Assembly (NCBI RefSeq): GCF_018350175.1
Contig: NC_058368.1
Coordinates: 206,152,001 to 206,216,000 of the forward strand
Source of the DNA: Felis catus
Taxonomy: Eukaryota
Length of the DNA: 64,000 bases
Reading direction: 5' to 3'
In this document: one piece after another, positions 1-14,589 of the stretch
How positions within the stretch are numbered: position 1 is the first letter of the stretch
How the letters are laid out: each line of letters opens with the position of its first letter
Notes under the pieces: generated by a model
Seen by the model: only the letters and a program-made list of their open reading frames with translations
Database searches by the model: none
Told to the model about the DNA's origin: nothing
Made by a program: the position numbers and the translations under genes

Positions 1-428
<428 letters not shown>

Positions 429-625
429 TGAGCTCCACTTGCCCATAAGGGCAATACCCTCATGTATATTCCCTTTCACAGCTTTCCTCTCTGTCCTGTC
501 ATTCCCAAAAACTACCGCAGAACTCAACACAGAACAAAGGCCCCAGTAAAGACCTTGTCATCTCCAGCACTCTTTTCCACATCAAGATTCAAAGGTTCAA
601 AATGCTTGTGTGGTTCACTTCATCG

Positions 626-848
626 AGGAGTCAGTATAAACTATAGCCAGTGGGCCAAATCCCGCCCCGAGCATCTTTTCATAAATTAGGTTTTATTCGG
701 AGCACAGCCACGCTCACCGGTTACATATTGTCTATGGTTGCTTTCACACTTCATCTGCAGAGTTGATTAGCTGTTACAGAAACCATATGGCCCCCAAAGT
801 CTAAATTAGTTACTGTCTGGCCCTTTACAGAAAGAACTTGCCAACCCC
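626..848. mobile_element. MER58A-like hAT-Charlie DNA transposon remnant
   Basis: Recalled MER58A motifs: gggccaaatc..., cacagccacgctca..., tatggttgctttcac..., ctggccctttacagaaa...ttgccaacccc. Confidence 0.7.
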
Positions 849-2098
849 CAATCTAGTCAATAGCCTAGAAATAAATTTCAAAAAAGATCAGTTGGTGACC
901 CTAGAACAGAGGAAAGTCATTTTCCTTTATACCTTCCAGAAAACTAGATTTTATTATTATTTTTGGCTTATTCACCGTCATCAGTGTAAAATCTCTTTCA
1001 CCTCCAACTTATATCTGTTTTTTGTAATCGAAAACTGTTTCCTCATGTTTGTTGTCAGAGGAGATGGAAAACTGCTGGTTTCCTCCTCTTAAACATTAAG
1101 GCTTGATTAAATTACCTTTCTACCTTCTAGTCTCCAGACTGAAAAGTCTTCATTTCCTTCATTATTCATAATAAACCTAATTTTTCAGCTCCTTAAATAT
1201 TTTACAAGCCAGTGACTGTGTTGTATCTCTAGATGTGGCCTGCAGAGTATTGAATACAACCTGAAGAAAAATTACCTCTCAGGTCTGATTTTTTAATTTA
1301 TCCACTCCAATTTTTTTTTTATAACTCTTGCCCTTTCCTCCTGACTCTTTGACAATCCGTTAACTGTATAGACTTCTGGATTTTAGTCTGTAATATATAC
1401 CCACAGTCAATAATTCTCCAGTTTTGTATTTTTTAGTTTCCTTTGACAGCAGCTTTCTGCTTGTTTCCGGCTACCTTCTCCAATGTTACCAACATTACTT
1501 TTTAATTCTCATCTTGTCCTCAAAACTGCTTTCTTGGCTCCCACTCAATGCTGTATCTTCCAATGATGTATCTTCTGTAAAATAACAAAGATGTTCTTTT
1601 CTCTTTTTTTTCCATTACACAGATCATTGATGACAATCTTCGACAACAAAGAGCTGAAGCAACCCCTTCGGGGCCCCCACCTGTTTGTTAGGTTCCCTAG
1701 GCTGTTGTTGGTCCAGTGATGATAATTCTCTTGGATCTGAGCCTCCGATAATCACCTATGAGTTTTCTGGTCAACATAATGTTTCTCAGTCTTATGCAAA
1801 AGAAAAAAAAAAAACAACTAAAGTCTTGCTGGTTGTTAGGTTAGCACTTTCTCATCCTTAATAGGTATTAATTCCATCATACTTGTATAAAAGTGAAGTT
1901 TGATAAAACTTAGGTCTTAGTAATGCCATGCTATTTTTTTCTCCGGCAATGCTCTCTTCTCACCAATAAATTTAACTATACTTTATGAAACCTTGCCCCT
2001 GCAGTTTTAATCTATATATTGAGCATACAATTCTATAATCTCCAAACTTCTTCCCCCCTCCGTTTCTTTCAATATTTAAGCACTTTCTTGGAATTCTT

Positions 2099-2314
2099 TT
2101 TTTTTTTTTTCAACGTTTATTTATTTTTGGGACAGAGAGAGACAGAGCATGAACGGGGGAGGGGCAGAGAGAGAGGGAGACACAGAATCGGAAACAGGAT
2201 CCAGGCTCTGAGCCATCAGCCCAGAGCCTGACGCGGGGCTCGAACTCCCGGACCGCGAGATCGTGACCGGGCTGAAGTCGGACCCTCAACCGACTGCACC
2301 ACCCAGGCGCCCCG
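2099..2314 (-). mobile_element. Young feline CAN-SINE (SINEC_Fc type)
   Basis: tRNA-Lys-like head, (CT)n and A tail. TSD cttggaattctt at 2087-2098 and 2315-2326. Confidence 0.93.
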
Positions 2315-2679
2315 CTTGGAATTCTTAAAACATGGTGACACTTCAGTGAAGGGGCAGAACGGAAAATATGGCTGCCATGCCACGCTCCAGTCCCTGCTTG
2401 CGCCCATCCCCATCCCTGAGCAGCCACCTTACTCTCTATGACTCCCACTCTCTCAACTCGAAACAAGGACACTAAACTCTAGGATCTTTCCCAGCACCTA
2501 CAACAGGTTCATTGCTTCTTTTCTGCTTTTTCATCATCCAACTGGTTGATCATTCCTTAACCTATCATTAGGTCCTATTATTTGATTTGGGAAAATTTTA
2601 AACATTTTGAAAAAAGTAAATACCTTTCTAGGTATTTTGTTATTGGTTTGCTTTCTTTTTCCTAAAAAGAGACCTTTTA

Positions 2680-2972
2680 GGGAGCATAGCTGGTTCGGTC
2701 AGGAGAGCATGCAACTCTTGATCTCAGGGATATAAGTTCAAGCCCATGTTAAGTGTGGAGATTACTTGAAAATAAAACCTTTAGGGGCACCTGGGTGGCT
2801 CAGTCAGTAAAGCGTCCAACTCTTGATTAGGTCATGATCTCACAGTTTGTGAGTTTGAGCCCCGCATCAAGCTGTCATTGCAGAGCCTGCTTGGGATTTT
2901 CTGTCTCCCTCTCTCTCTGCCCCTCCCCAACCCTCTCTCTCCCTCTCTCTCTCAGAATAAATAAACTTAAAA
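2680..2972 (+). mobile_element. Tandem SINEs: short tRNA-like CAN-SINE (2680-2783) immediately followed by a SINEC_Fc-like copy (2784-2972)
   Basis: Two successive Pol III A/B-box heads. The second has (CT)n and an AATAAA tail. Confidence 0.85.
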
Positions 2973-3968
2973 ATTTTTTTTTTTTCTAGTACATCGAAAT
3001 TTGTACTTCTTTTTCCATTATACAAGGTCACGTCTCATGTATTCATTTAACTTTTCTGGCCTTGTCCCAACCAGCCATCTTTCTTTTTTCTGGAAGATCT
3101 TTATTAACTTCCTTTTTTCTGTCATTTTTGCTTCTGTGCCCACTTCTGATACATTCCATCTTGCCACCAAAATTAATACTTCTCTATCTTCTCCCCCTCA
3201 TATTCATGGGGATGCTTTTCAAAAGTTGGCCCTTGTTTATCGCTAATCCAAAATATAATATTCTGCTACTCAGAACGACTTTTCCCTTCATCACTCTGCC
3301 TTTATATGGGTATTTTAAACGACTTTTCTGGACCTGGGAGGAAAAAAAGAAGAACCTCCAGAAAATCCATCAGTGTTTGTTAGAGCTGTGAACAATATCA
3401 GCAAGGTTTGGGGGATGATAGAAGAACATCTTTCTCCACCACCTCACCCTTTGGTTCTTAAAATCATTGTCTAACCGTCCTGGACAACAAGCAAGGAAGT
3501 TCCAGAACTTCTTATATGCAAGGGTAGGGCTAAGCACTATTTGTTTATTCTCTGTTTCTGAGACCAAGGGTCTTCCGAGTTGCCTTTCATCATATTGGAA
3601 AGTATTTGGGACCTTGGAGAAGAGCCTTAGGCCTTGGGCAATTTAGATTTGAAGCCCCATAAGTCTAGGCTAGTGGTGCAGTCAGGCTAATTTGTATAAA
3701 ATACATAAGCAGGAACCCTCCCTGGCCTGTTTACCGTCCCTGTGGTCATGTTTCCCCAGTAGCTACTCAACTGACAGAAACCAAGTCCCAGACCCATGGT
3801 CATTTAAACTCGTGGAGTGTGAGTGCAGAGCTTCTGGAAAAGAAAGAGTGTTCTTGGCACACATGAGGGCAGTGACTGGAGCGCACCAGTGCCCGGGGCA
3901 CAGCCTCCCTCTGCTGAAGTGGGACAGGGCAGGGTGGGGGGTTGACACCGGCTGGGAATAGCCTGTGA

Positions 3969-4247
<279 letters not shown>

Positions 4248-4503
4248 TAGCTGGACCAGAAGCCAGATCTGAGGCCACCACTCCCAACTAGACCTGAAAA
4301 CCGCTTCTCCAGCCCTAGGTTCTTTCTTGCCCTCTCTCTCAGATTGTTCTTCCATCCTTGAATCTGGGAAGGTGCCAGCATAGATCGTAAGCCCCTCACA
4401 TTGCAGGCATCCACTGCCACTCTCCCCGCCCTAGGCAGCACCCCACTCTTCCAGAAGACAATCCAGTATTCTGGACTGTGACTCAAAGAACTCTGTTTCT
4501 TAG

Positions 4504-4650
<147 letters not shown>

Positions 4651-4872
4651 TAAATGCTGCCTGCAAAGCCATAGCCAAGAGTCCAGGCAAATCGCAGACA
4701 AGCAAACAACACAGCAAGGATCTCTGGCCAGAGTCAGAACTGTCTTGGAGGGACAGCAATGATTCTTGGTGTCCTGCCACATTACTCTCTGCTCTTTTCC
4801 AAGTCCTGACTGGGATCTGTTCTTCAAGATTCCTGAAACCCATCTGTTGATTAGTCCCAAAAGCCCCAGGAC

Positions 4873-5086
4873 TTTTCTTTTTTATAAGTTTATTTATTTT
4901 GAGAGAGAGAGAGAGAGAGCATGCCTGTGGGAGGAGCAGAGAGAGAAGGAGAGAGAGAATCCCAAGTAGACTCTGTATGGGCAGCATGGAGCCTGATGCA
5001 GGGCTCGAACTTATGAACCATGAGATCACGACCTGAGCAGAAATCAAGAGTTGGATGCTTAACTGACTGAGCCACCCAGGTGCTCC
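4873..5086 (-). mobile_element. CAN-SINE
   Basis: T-rich tail, (GA)n and ...gagccacccaggtgctcc head on the reverse strand. Confidence 0.9.
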
Positions 5087-5280
5087 TACTCGCCCCCCCC
5101 CCCAGTACTTTTCGGACTAAATTCAGGTTTGAAATGGCCAGAAGACATCTTCCAGTAAAATAATGGCTCTGTGAGTGTTCACTGGTCTTTAGATTTCCTT
5201 TTGCAGGACCTAGAGGGTGCCAAATTTCACACAGAGTCACTTTCCCTCTTTGTCCTCTTTGTAAAATACATCTCTTTTAG

Positions 5281-5673
<393 letters not shown>

Positions 5674-6387
5674 TGAGTCTTTGCTCCCAGCCGGCTGCCA
5701 CTGCCTAAATGGTTTCCTTTGCATTGTCCCTTAACATAAGCCATGGTAAACCTTTTAAGCTCAGTTGAAGCTGAGAGTTTTAGCAGCAACATGATACAAG
5801 TGGAAAGTGTGTGGGTCAAGAGGCCAGCAGACCTTGGCTCTGCTCTGTGATGCTGGACAATTCACTTAAATTCTCTGTGTTGCCTCTTTGTCTGATCTGT
5901 AAAATAAAAGAGGAAAGTAAGTGAATCCCTCAGGATCCTTCTATCATGAAATTCTAAAATTTATCATGAAGCCAGTTCCAACTAATCCAGCCCACTGTGA
6001 ATGGGCCACGTGTAAGACTGAGTTAAAACATAAGGATTCCTTATTGGATCATGTATATGATCCCTCCAGCTACACTGTAAACTTTTTGAAGACAGGGATC
6101 ATATCTTACACACGTTAGAAACCCTGACAACCGGCATGCCCTGTGAGGACACCGCGTGATCTTTCCCAAATGCACATTGGCCGAGGGACCACTTCCACAC
6201 ATGACACTTAACACCCAATAGACATTAGCCCAGCATCATTCTGGGGGCACAAAGGGAGTCATGGAGTTTGCTCATTCACTAGCCAGACCATTTAACTTCT
6301 GACCAGGAGCAGAGCCTAACCTGACCAGTTTTTCATGGCCTCTTCCTCTATAACGAAATTAGCACCTGTTTCTCCTGTTGATTTTAG

Positions 6388-6453
6388 ATGCCATTGTTCT
6401 CAATCTGACCAACCAATATGTGCAGTTATTAGACAAAGAGCAACTGACCACAC
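6388..6453 (+). CDS. MROH2B: MROH2B penultimate coding exon (66 nt)
   Basis: TTTTAG| acceptor and |GTGAGT donor, phase 1/1. (D)AIVLNLTNQYVQLLDKEQLTT(R). Confidence 0.88.
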
Positions 6454-6743
6454 GTGAGTACCAACCCTAGTTTCTGTGCAGCCTGTTGTAAGAGAAATAT
6501 CTGTGAGAAGGAGAAGTTAATTATGCACCAAGTTCCATGTGAGCCCAGAAACTGGAAATCATAGTACCTCATTATTGTCTCTAATGCTCCCTAGATCCTG
6601 GGATTTCTCCAGAGTATAAAGCAACCCCCAGCTCCAGCTCTTTGCAGGCATCATTCCCAACAGACCATTATTTTCTGATTGTCTATAAACCTACTGATCA
6701 CAAGGTCAGGATCTCCTCTTCCCCTATGTCAGTGTTAAAATAG

Positions 6744-7013
<270 letters not shown>

Positions 7014-7023
7014 ACTACCAGGA

Positions 7024-7029
7024 AATAAA
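7024..7029 (+). terminator. Candidate MROH2B polyadenylation signal
   Basis: AATAAA 10 nt after the stop codon, followed by a U-rich stretch. Confidence 0.55.
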
Positions 7030-8084
7030 CTGCTAGGCTTTTTCTACAACTGACTCCTGTCTTCATCCTCACAACCTACAGACTTGCAGCATTTTGAGGA
7101 TAGAGATGGCGCCTAGCATAGGGATCTTGGAGTAGTGATATAGTCCTTACCCTCCATGGTCTCCCTGCCACCTTCCATTAGTAAAAAGTAAACCCCACAA
7201 ATTCACTTGAGGGATAACCTGTGATTTCAGTAGTGACAGCCACATAGCTGGAATATTATGTCCCAGCAGATATCAAAAAATGACAGAACTGGAAACAATT
7301 CTGCTGCCATTAAGAAAAGGACTACTGTTATTGCCACACATAGCTCTGTTCTGTATTATCTCTGCCAGCCTTGAATTACTACCCACACGCTTTACTTTCT
7401 AAAAAGCAGCCTTACAATAAACTTGAACCTGTGTGTTCTTTCTCAGGTTGTAATTTTTGTGTCGAGGCTATGCCCGATACTTTTCTACAAAAGACCCATT
7501 CTGGCATTGTATTAAATCTCATGGTTTTCTTTCTGTCGTTATCCCAGAGCACTCCTTCCTTTGAATGGCGTGTATGTGTGTGTATGTGTGTGCATGTACG
7601 TGTGTGTGTGCATGCATGTGTTAATCTTCTTCACAGCATCTGAATCATAACTCCTGACCCTTTTTCACAATGCCTACATGAAAGGTTACATACATGAAAT
7701 CATGTACATAAAAAGAAGTTTCTAACACAGAGGCTGGTACTCATTGGACACGACCAAACCATCACGATCATTCATTAGCAACATTATTAAATTGATGCAT
7801 CCCTTTCCAAATTCCTGTTACCTATATTCTAATCTCTTCCTCCTCAACCTCTTTGGGGAAGCATCTTTTGTTCCTACCGATCTTCTAGGGACCCTAGGAA
7901 TTTTTTAGGTCAGATATTTTAGGCCAGAGTCCACTTACTCATTTAACAAATATTTATTGAGTGCCTAAAATTTACAAGGCATTGTTATAGCTACTAGGGT
8001 TACGACTATGAACCGAAAAAATAGAAAAATTCTACCCTCTTGGAACTTATATGCTATGAACTCTGTGTCTAAATTCTAGAAGAT

Positions 8085-8795
8085 GGAGCCAGCCTCCAAG
8101 ATGGCCTCCAGCGATTCTTGTCTCTGATATTCATCTTGTCCCCTCTCACAATGAATAGAGATGACCTGTGCAATCAATACAATATTTCAGAAATTACAAA
8201 GTGTGACTTCCCAGGTGAGATCACACATGGTATTGAACTCTCTTGAATCACTTACTCTGGGGGAATCCAGCTACCAAGTGAGGGAGATACTCAAACAGCC
8301 CCAAAAGAGTTCCATGTGGCAAAGAACTGATATCTGCTGCAAACAACCAGAGCTAACTTGCTAGCTATGTTAATGTGCAATCTTGGAAATAGATCATGAG
8401 CCCTCCCCAGGTCTGAAGGCCTTCAGACGATTAAAACCTCAGCTGACACATTGACTGGATTATGAGATAAGATATAGAATGCCCAATTAAATTTGAATTT
8501 CAGGTGAACTATGAATATTTTTTAGTAAAGTATGCCCTGATTATTACATGAGACATACTTATACTGAAAAAAATATTTATTGTTTATTTAAAATTAAAAT
8601 TTAACTGAGCATCTTGTATTTTTATTTACTAAATCTGACAACCCTACTACAATCTAATAAGAGTCCTGAGCCAGAATCACTAAGCTGAACTCCTCCTGAA
8701 TTCCTGAACCACAAAACCATATAGTATATCTTTGTTGTTTTAAGCCACTAAGTTTTGGGGTCATTGACTAAGCTCCAGGGGGTAAACATTACACA
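8085..8795 (+). mobile_element. MLT1-like MaLR LTR interrupted by a MER53-like element
   Basis: Starts cagcctccaagatggcctcc and ends ...aagccactaagttttggggt..., typical of MLT1. Confidence 0.6.
8456..8646. mobile_element. MER53-like palindromic hAT MITE
   Basis: Arms aattaaatttgaatttcag...tttagtaaagtatg / catacttatactgaaaa...aaaatttaactgagcatc and end ctgacaacccta. Confidence 0.75.
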
Positions 8796-9009
8796 AAGAG
8801 TCCATGATACCGCCAATGTTGTATGCAAATTTCTGTGTATAATTGTGTAGGTGCATTTTCAAGGTAATGGCTTTCATTAAATTCTTAATGAAGTCAGAAG
8901 CTGTTCCCAAGCATAACATATATGAAACAGAGCAAGAAAAAGAAAATAAGAGGTATGGGTTTAGTCGACATCTTTTGGCAGGTTATTTCAAGTCAAAAGA
9001 CTTTTCAAA

Positions 9010-9195
9010 AGAGCACCGTCCACTAGAACTTTCTGCAGCGATGGAAACGTTCTATATCTGCACTAATATGGTAGCCACTAGCCACATGTGTCAACTGAGC
9101 TCTTGAAATGCAGCTAGTCTATCTGAGGAATTAAATTTTTAATGTTAAGCTTAAGTAGCCATGTGTAGCTAGTAGCCACAGTATTGTACAAGACA
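9010..9195. mobile_element. MER3-like hAT-Charlie remnant
   Basis: tagaactttctgcagcgatggaaacgttctatatctgcactaatatggtagccactagccacatgtg motif. Confidence 0.7.
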
Positions 9196-9659
9196 GTTTT
9201 GAAACGTGGGGCAAAGAGTCAGAATTTGAGCTGGGCCACCTCGGAATTGTAGGATATTCTCAACATGAGTATAAACTCACTGACACAGGACTTTGTCTGA
9301 TACTAATTTATATATCTCCACCACTATTCTCCATCCCACCTAGCATCCAACAAAGAGCCTTCCTCATCACTGATCGATAGAAATTAGGTAGAACATGGTA
9401 CTGTAATAATGTTGCATGATGACAAATGGTAGCTATGCTTACGGTGAGCAAAGCATAACATACAGACTGATTGAATCACTATGCTGTACACCTGAAACTA
9501 ATAGCACATTGTGTGTCAACTGTATTTCAATCTAAAAAGAAAAGAAACTAGGTAGAACGGGCACATGAAACACACGTTGCCACTGAAACTTTCTCTCTCT
9601 AAACCCTAATCTTAAGATTCTCTCTTGACAAGAATTCCCAACACATTTTTTCCTCACAT

Positions 9660-9850
9660 CCCAGCAACTCTCCTTACAAGTTGTGTAACTTGGGGGAAAA
9701 CATCTAACCTCTCTGTACTTCAATTTCCACATCTGTAAAATCAGGGTAATGATATCTATTTCAAGGTGTTATTGTGGGGATGAAGTGTATTAATGTATAT
9801 GTAAAGCATTTAGAAACCTAGAATAGAATCATTGTTAAGCAAATGTTACC
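9660..9850 (+). mobile_element. MIR SINE remnant
   Basis: Core ...tcaatttccacatctgtaaaatcagggtaatgata...gttattgtggggatgaagtg...gtaaagcatttagaa. Confidence 0.65.
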
Positions 9851-9865
9851 TATACAATAGAAATG

Positions 9866-9927
9866 TTTTTTATTTTTATTTTCATTTTTTGGAGAGAGAG
9901 AGAGAGAGGGCACAAGTGAGTGAGGGG

Positions 9928-9971
<44 letters not shown>

Positions 9972-10084
9972 CAGGGCTTACCGGAAGTGGAGCTCGAGCT
10001 CACCCGAAGTGGGACTCAAACTCAGCATGAGGTCATGACTTGAACTGAAGTCAGATGCTTAACGACTGAGCCACCCAGGTGCCC
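9866..10084 (-). mobile_element. CAN-SINE with expanded (GA)n
   Basis: Reverse-strand head gagccacccaggtgccc and long GA tract. Confidence 0.9.
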
Positions 10085-11330
10085 TATACAGTATAAGTAT
10101 TAACAGTATGAATAAATTTATCATTAGAATCACAAATGTTAATGTAAACTCAGCAACTGTCATATACAACTAACTGATTATACCACCTCCGTGGGGCTGT
10201 GTTCCTGATCCTGTGAATGCTGCTGCCCTCCTTGGGGGGCTGAAAAAGAGGCGACCTCTCCATTCAGAAGATCCCAGCTCAGCAGCTGGTACTCCTGCTG
10301 TGCCTGCCTCACAGTCCCTGCAGTTGAGCCACAGTCGGGTTGTGTGGCAGGAAAAACGTAGATCTCTTTGTTCTCCCCAACAATTATTTCTATTAAGCCC
10401 TCCCAACGACTACTATTCCCTCTCAGAATTGCCACCAGCGCCCCCCTGGAGGCCTCTCTTGACAGTCAGTCCTCCAATGGCCCTCTGTGGTTCATCTTTA
10501 TGGTTCAAACGCAGGCATATCACCCAAGGGAGAAATACTTGTGGAGCGGTCTCAGGGAAATAGAGTTACAGAGGAAAAGCATGTTCAAGTACTATTGAAG
10601 AAATCAACAGATTCCTCACTCCTGTTGCTTGCCTTACTATTATTTGTACATTTAATCATTTCTCAACTCATGTTTAGTTTAGGATAGAGTGCTTCAGGGA
10701 CTAGAACTGCTTTAAAGGGCTCAGGATCACTGTTTTGCAATTCTGTACCCTGCCCTTTGACCCCATAGTGAGAGCCAGGGCTCTGCTGGTAAATCAGGGA
10801 CATTTAGCTTGGCTGACCCGGCTAAAACAGTTTTACCAGAAAAGAGGAGAACAAAGATCACAGATGGGAAGAAAGAAATAGGCTTCCAGGGAAAGAAGCC
10901 AGGAGGATTGCTTAATTGGAATTGTCCCTGCACAGCCCTAGTTTTAAAGCAAAAAATACAAGACCAGGCACTTTTTCCGGAACCCTCAAGACACTCTGAG
11001 ATTGTAACAAAGATTTTCTAATAGTGTTTTATTACTACTAGATTTAGTCCCCAATTCCACCATTATCCTTCAGATTACCTAAGTGTGTGACTAGAGAATG
11101 CACAGTCAGCTGGATATAATGGTAACCTGTGAGCTAATCGCGAGCTTTCTTCCAGGCCCCTGACAGAGAACAACTTTCTGATAAGCAATTTTGTATGGCT
11201 GCACTCTGGGAATGATCACTTGTTGAATTTCTCTTTCTTACTCATTTTTTACAGGTATCCCTAAAACTGGGACAATAGAAAACATGGATAGAGTCAAGAA
11301 CAATATGAGAGAAAGACAATGGGATTCATT

Positions 11331-11374
11331 ATGTGTGTGTGTGTGCGTGTGTGTGTGTGTGCGTGTGTGTGTGT
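11331..11374. repeat. Interrupted (TG)n microsatellite
   Basis: Direct reading. A more degenerate (TG)n lies at about 7570-7620. Confidence 0.9.
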
Positions 11375-12259
11375 AAACTTGCCAAGTCATGACATGAGAA
11401 ATGGCATTTGCTTCTTCATTGTACTTTAAGTAAAAGTCAAACTTTATTTTCTCAACAAAACGTCCTTACTTATTTGTATTTCTTCTGGACAAACTGTCCT
11501 GGATTTTATTTATTGAATTATGTGGTTATCCTGAAAGCAAGATAAATTTGGAGAACACAATTTTATAAATACATGTGACTCATAGCTTCTTTTTCAATTT
11601 GGGAGCCACCAAAAAACATAAGATAAGGAATCCTTCTACATTACCTATCACTTCCTCCAAATAGTCTCAGAGGTAAATCCAGAGGATTAAATTGACCAAT
11701 GCCCTAACACCTTCCTAAATGCACAGTGGTCAAAAAGAAGCTCTATCTTGGAGCTGGAGAGCCTGGAAAATTGCTTATTATTAGCCTGAAGGATAGGTTA
11801 ACGAGGACTTGTTTTTCAGAGAGTAGAGGGGCAGTAGGAATTTATCTTTACCCTGATCCCAGTGGAATCATAAGAAAATCATTAATTACCTCACATCCAA
11901 CGCTCAGAGGTTCTGCACAGGCCTGTGGATGAGGGTAGACAGGCCTATGGCAGGACTTGTGGCCTAGTCAGTTTCCAGTCTATAACATTCTGTAATTTTT
12001 TTATTCTGTAAAAGAATAAAACCCTATCGGACTATACCAGAAATGTTTTATTAAGAAATAAAGATGGTTAAATAGCAGAGGGCCAAATGTTGAACGACAA
12101 ATCAAGTTATACGGTATCTGGAAGATAGTGGGTAGCCAAAAGAAGTTCTTGATCAAGATAGTAAAATGATAAAAGCTGTACTTTGGCATGTGATTAACAG
12201 AGTAGATAAACTGGTATATCAGATAGTAGTGATAGGCTTTTGGACTAAGGAAATATTAT

Positions 12260-12625
12260 GAGAATAAATGACAAGACCAATTACTAGTAAGAAGATTGAA
12301 TTAGTCATCAAAAACCTGCCAACAAACAAAAGTCCAGGACAAGACAGCTTCACTGGTGAATTATACACAACATTTAAAGAAGAATTAATACCAATCCTTT
12401 CAAACTCTTCCAAAAAATAGAGAAAAGAAGGGAACACTTCCAAAATCATTTTATGAAGGCAGAATTACCCTGATACCAAATCCAGAAAGGAAGCCCCAAG
12501 AAAAGAAAATTACAGACCAATTTTCCTGATAAACATAGATGTGAAAATCTTCAACAAAGTATTACCAAACCAAATTCAACAGCACATTTAAAGGACCATA
12601 TACCATGACCAAGTGGAATTTAAGT
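12260..12625 (+). mobile_element. L1 ORF2 fragment
   Basis: Translates in pieces to [42 protein letters not shown]...IYHDQVEF, the L1 Z-domain/RT entry region. Confidence 0.85.
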
Positions 12626-12629
12626 TGTA

Positions 12630-14074
12630 ATTTAGTTCACCGAGATCTCAATCACCTTTCTCTTCTATATCACACCAACTCATTGCGTTGATGACATTAC
12701 ACTGATTGGACCAAATAAGAAAGAAATAGCAGCTAGTCCAAACCTATTGGCAAGACATTTGCATATCAGAAGGTGGGAAAGAAATCTGAATAAATTCAAG
12801 GACCTCAGTGAAATTTTTAGGAGGCCAGTGCTAGAGCATGTCGACATGTCCCATCTAAGGTGAAGGTTAAGTTGTTGCATCTGGCCCCTCCTACAACCAT
12901 GAAAGGCACAATGCCTACTGGACCTCTTTAGATTTTGGAGGCAACATGTTCCTCAATTGGGGATGTTACTCTAGTACATTTACTGACTGACCCAAAAGCT
13001 GCCAGGGCTGAGTGGATCCTAGAACAAGAAAAGATTCTGCAACAGGCCTGGGCTGCTGTGCTACTTGAGCCATATGATCCAGCACATCCAGTGGTGCTTG
13101 AAGACTAGCTGCTCTTTCTTTCTTATTTGGTCCAATCAATATAAGGTCATCAATGCCTCTCTGGGATAGCCCTGAAGGACAGTGGTGAAGGGAAATCCTC
13201 CCAGAGGGCAGAACTTTGAGCAATGCGCTCAGCTGTTCACTTTGCCTAGAAGCAGAAATGGCCAGATGTGTGATTATATACTGATCCATGGGCTATGTCC
13301 AATTATTTGGCTAGAGTCACCTGCCATCTGGCCACTTTGGGCTCCTTATGCCTCTGAGTCAACAGGAAGAGAAGAAATAACTGTGCTGGATGGGGTGATT
13401 GATCCTGATTGCCAAAGGAAAATTGGACTACTACTCCACAATGAAGGTAAAGAAGAATATGTCTGGAATACAGGAGCTCCCTTAATGCATCTCATAGTAT
13501 TACTATGCCCTGTGATTAAGGTCAATGAAAAACTACAACAACCCAACCCAGGAAGGACTACTAATGGTCCATACCATTCAGCAATAAAGATATGGGTCAC
13601 TCCATCAGGTAAGAAAACCACAACTAGCTGAGGTGCTTGCTGAAGGTGAAGGGAGTACAGATTGGGTAGCAGAAGAAAGAAGTTATAAATGCCAGGTAGA
13701 ACCACATGACCAGTTACAGAAATGAGGACTGTGACTGCCATGAATATTTCCTCCTTATTCTGTTACAAGTGTGTGTTGTGTATTTGCAAATATCATTATT
13801 CTCTTTGCTATCTCTATATCATGCAACATAAAATTATTTACTTTATATCATAGTATTTAAGTATTATTAATTTTACATCACAGTACTTAAGTTATAGAAT
13901 ATCAGGAAGGAGAGTCAACATCACTCAATTTCTTTGCCTCCTCTCTGAGGAAGGAGTTACTATGTTTTCAGTTATATTACGTTAGGTAGAATTATGACCT
14001 TGTTATTATCCTTCTTTGGAGACTAAGTACATTTTGGAGATGCCTATAGGTGCCACGTTTACCAGGAGTGGACC
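12630..14074 (+). mobile_element. ERV-L internal remnant (RT, RNase H and dUTPase fragments, heavily deleted)
   Basis: HCVDDITLIGPNKKEIA (YIDD-type RT motif), KDSGEGKSSQRAEL (RNase H) and TVLDGVIDPDCQRKIGLLLHNEGKEEYVWNTG (dUTPase). A purine tract precedes the LTR. Confidence 0.85.
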
Positions 14075-14462
14075 TGTGAGTTAATTTTATGTGTCAACTT
14101 GACTGGGCCACAGGATGCCCAGGTATCTAGTTAAACATTTGTTCTGGGTGTGTCTGTGAGGGTGATTCAAGAAGACACTGGCATTTGAATCACTGAGTTG
14201 AGTAAAGCAGATGGCCCTCCCCAGTGTGGGTGGGCACTGGCTGACTGCTTGAGCTGAGACATTGGTCTTCTCTTGCCCTTGAATGGGACTTACATCATTG
14301 GCGCTCCTGGCTCTCAGGGCTTCAGACTCAGACTGGAATTTATACCAGGGTTTTCTGGATCTACAGCTTGTAGATGGTAGATTGCAGAACTACTTGAGCT
14401 CCACAATCACATAAGACAACTCCTCATAATAAATATATAATAAACATATTTTATAGATAGAT

Positions 14463-14500
<38 letters not shown>

Positions 14501-14545
14501 AGTTACATAGATAGAGTCTGTTTCTCTGGAGAGCCCTGATATACT
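14075..14545 (+). mobile_element. MLT2-type ERV-L 3' LTR containing a (GATA)n tract
   Basis: Starts tgtgagttaattttatgtgtcaacttgactggg and ends gtttctctggagagccctga. (GATA)n at about 14454-14499. Confidence 0.85.
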
Positions 14546-14589
14546 CTACTTATATATATATATCACTTATATATGTTACTTCTATACTA

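Larger units (their letters stand above)
1100..3550 (-). mobile_element. Possible highly degenerate CR1/L3 LINE fragments, interrupted by SINEs
   Basis: Weak resemblance to antisense CR1 RT sequence (e.g. near 1620-1680 and 1820-1880). Not verifiable by eye. Confidence 0.25.

Noticed and set aside
13182..13631. 149-aa dUTPase-like ORF as a domesticated gene
   Set aside because: It is a chimera of frameshifted ERV-L fragments that lacks the N-terminal dUTPase motifs and is embedded in a decayed provirus.
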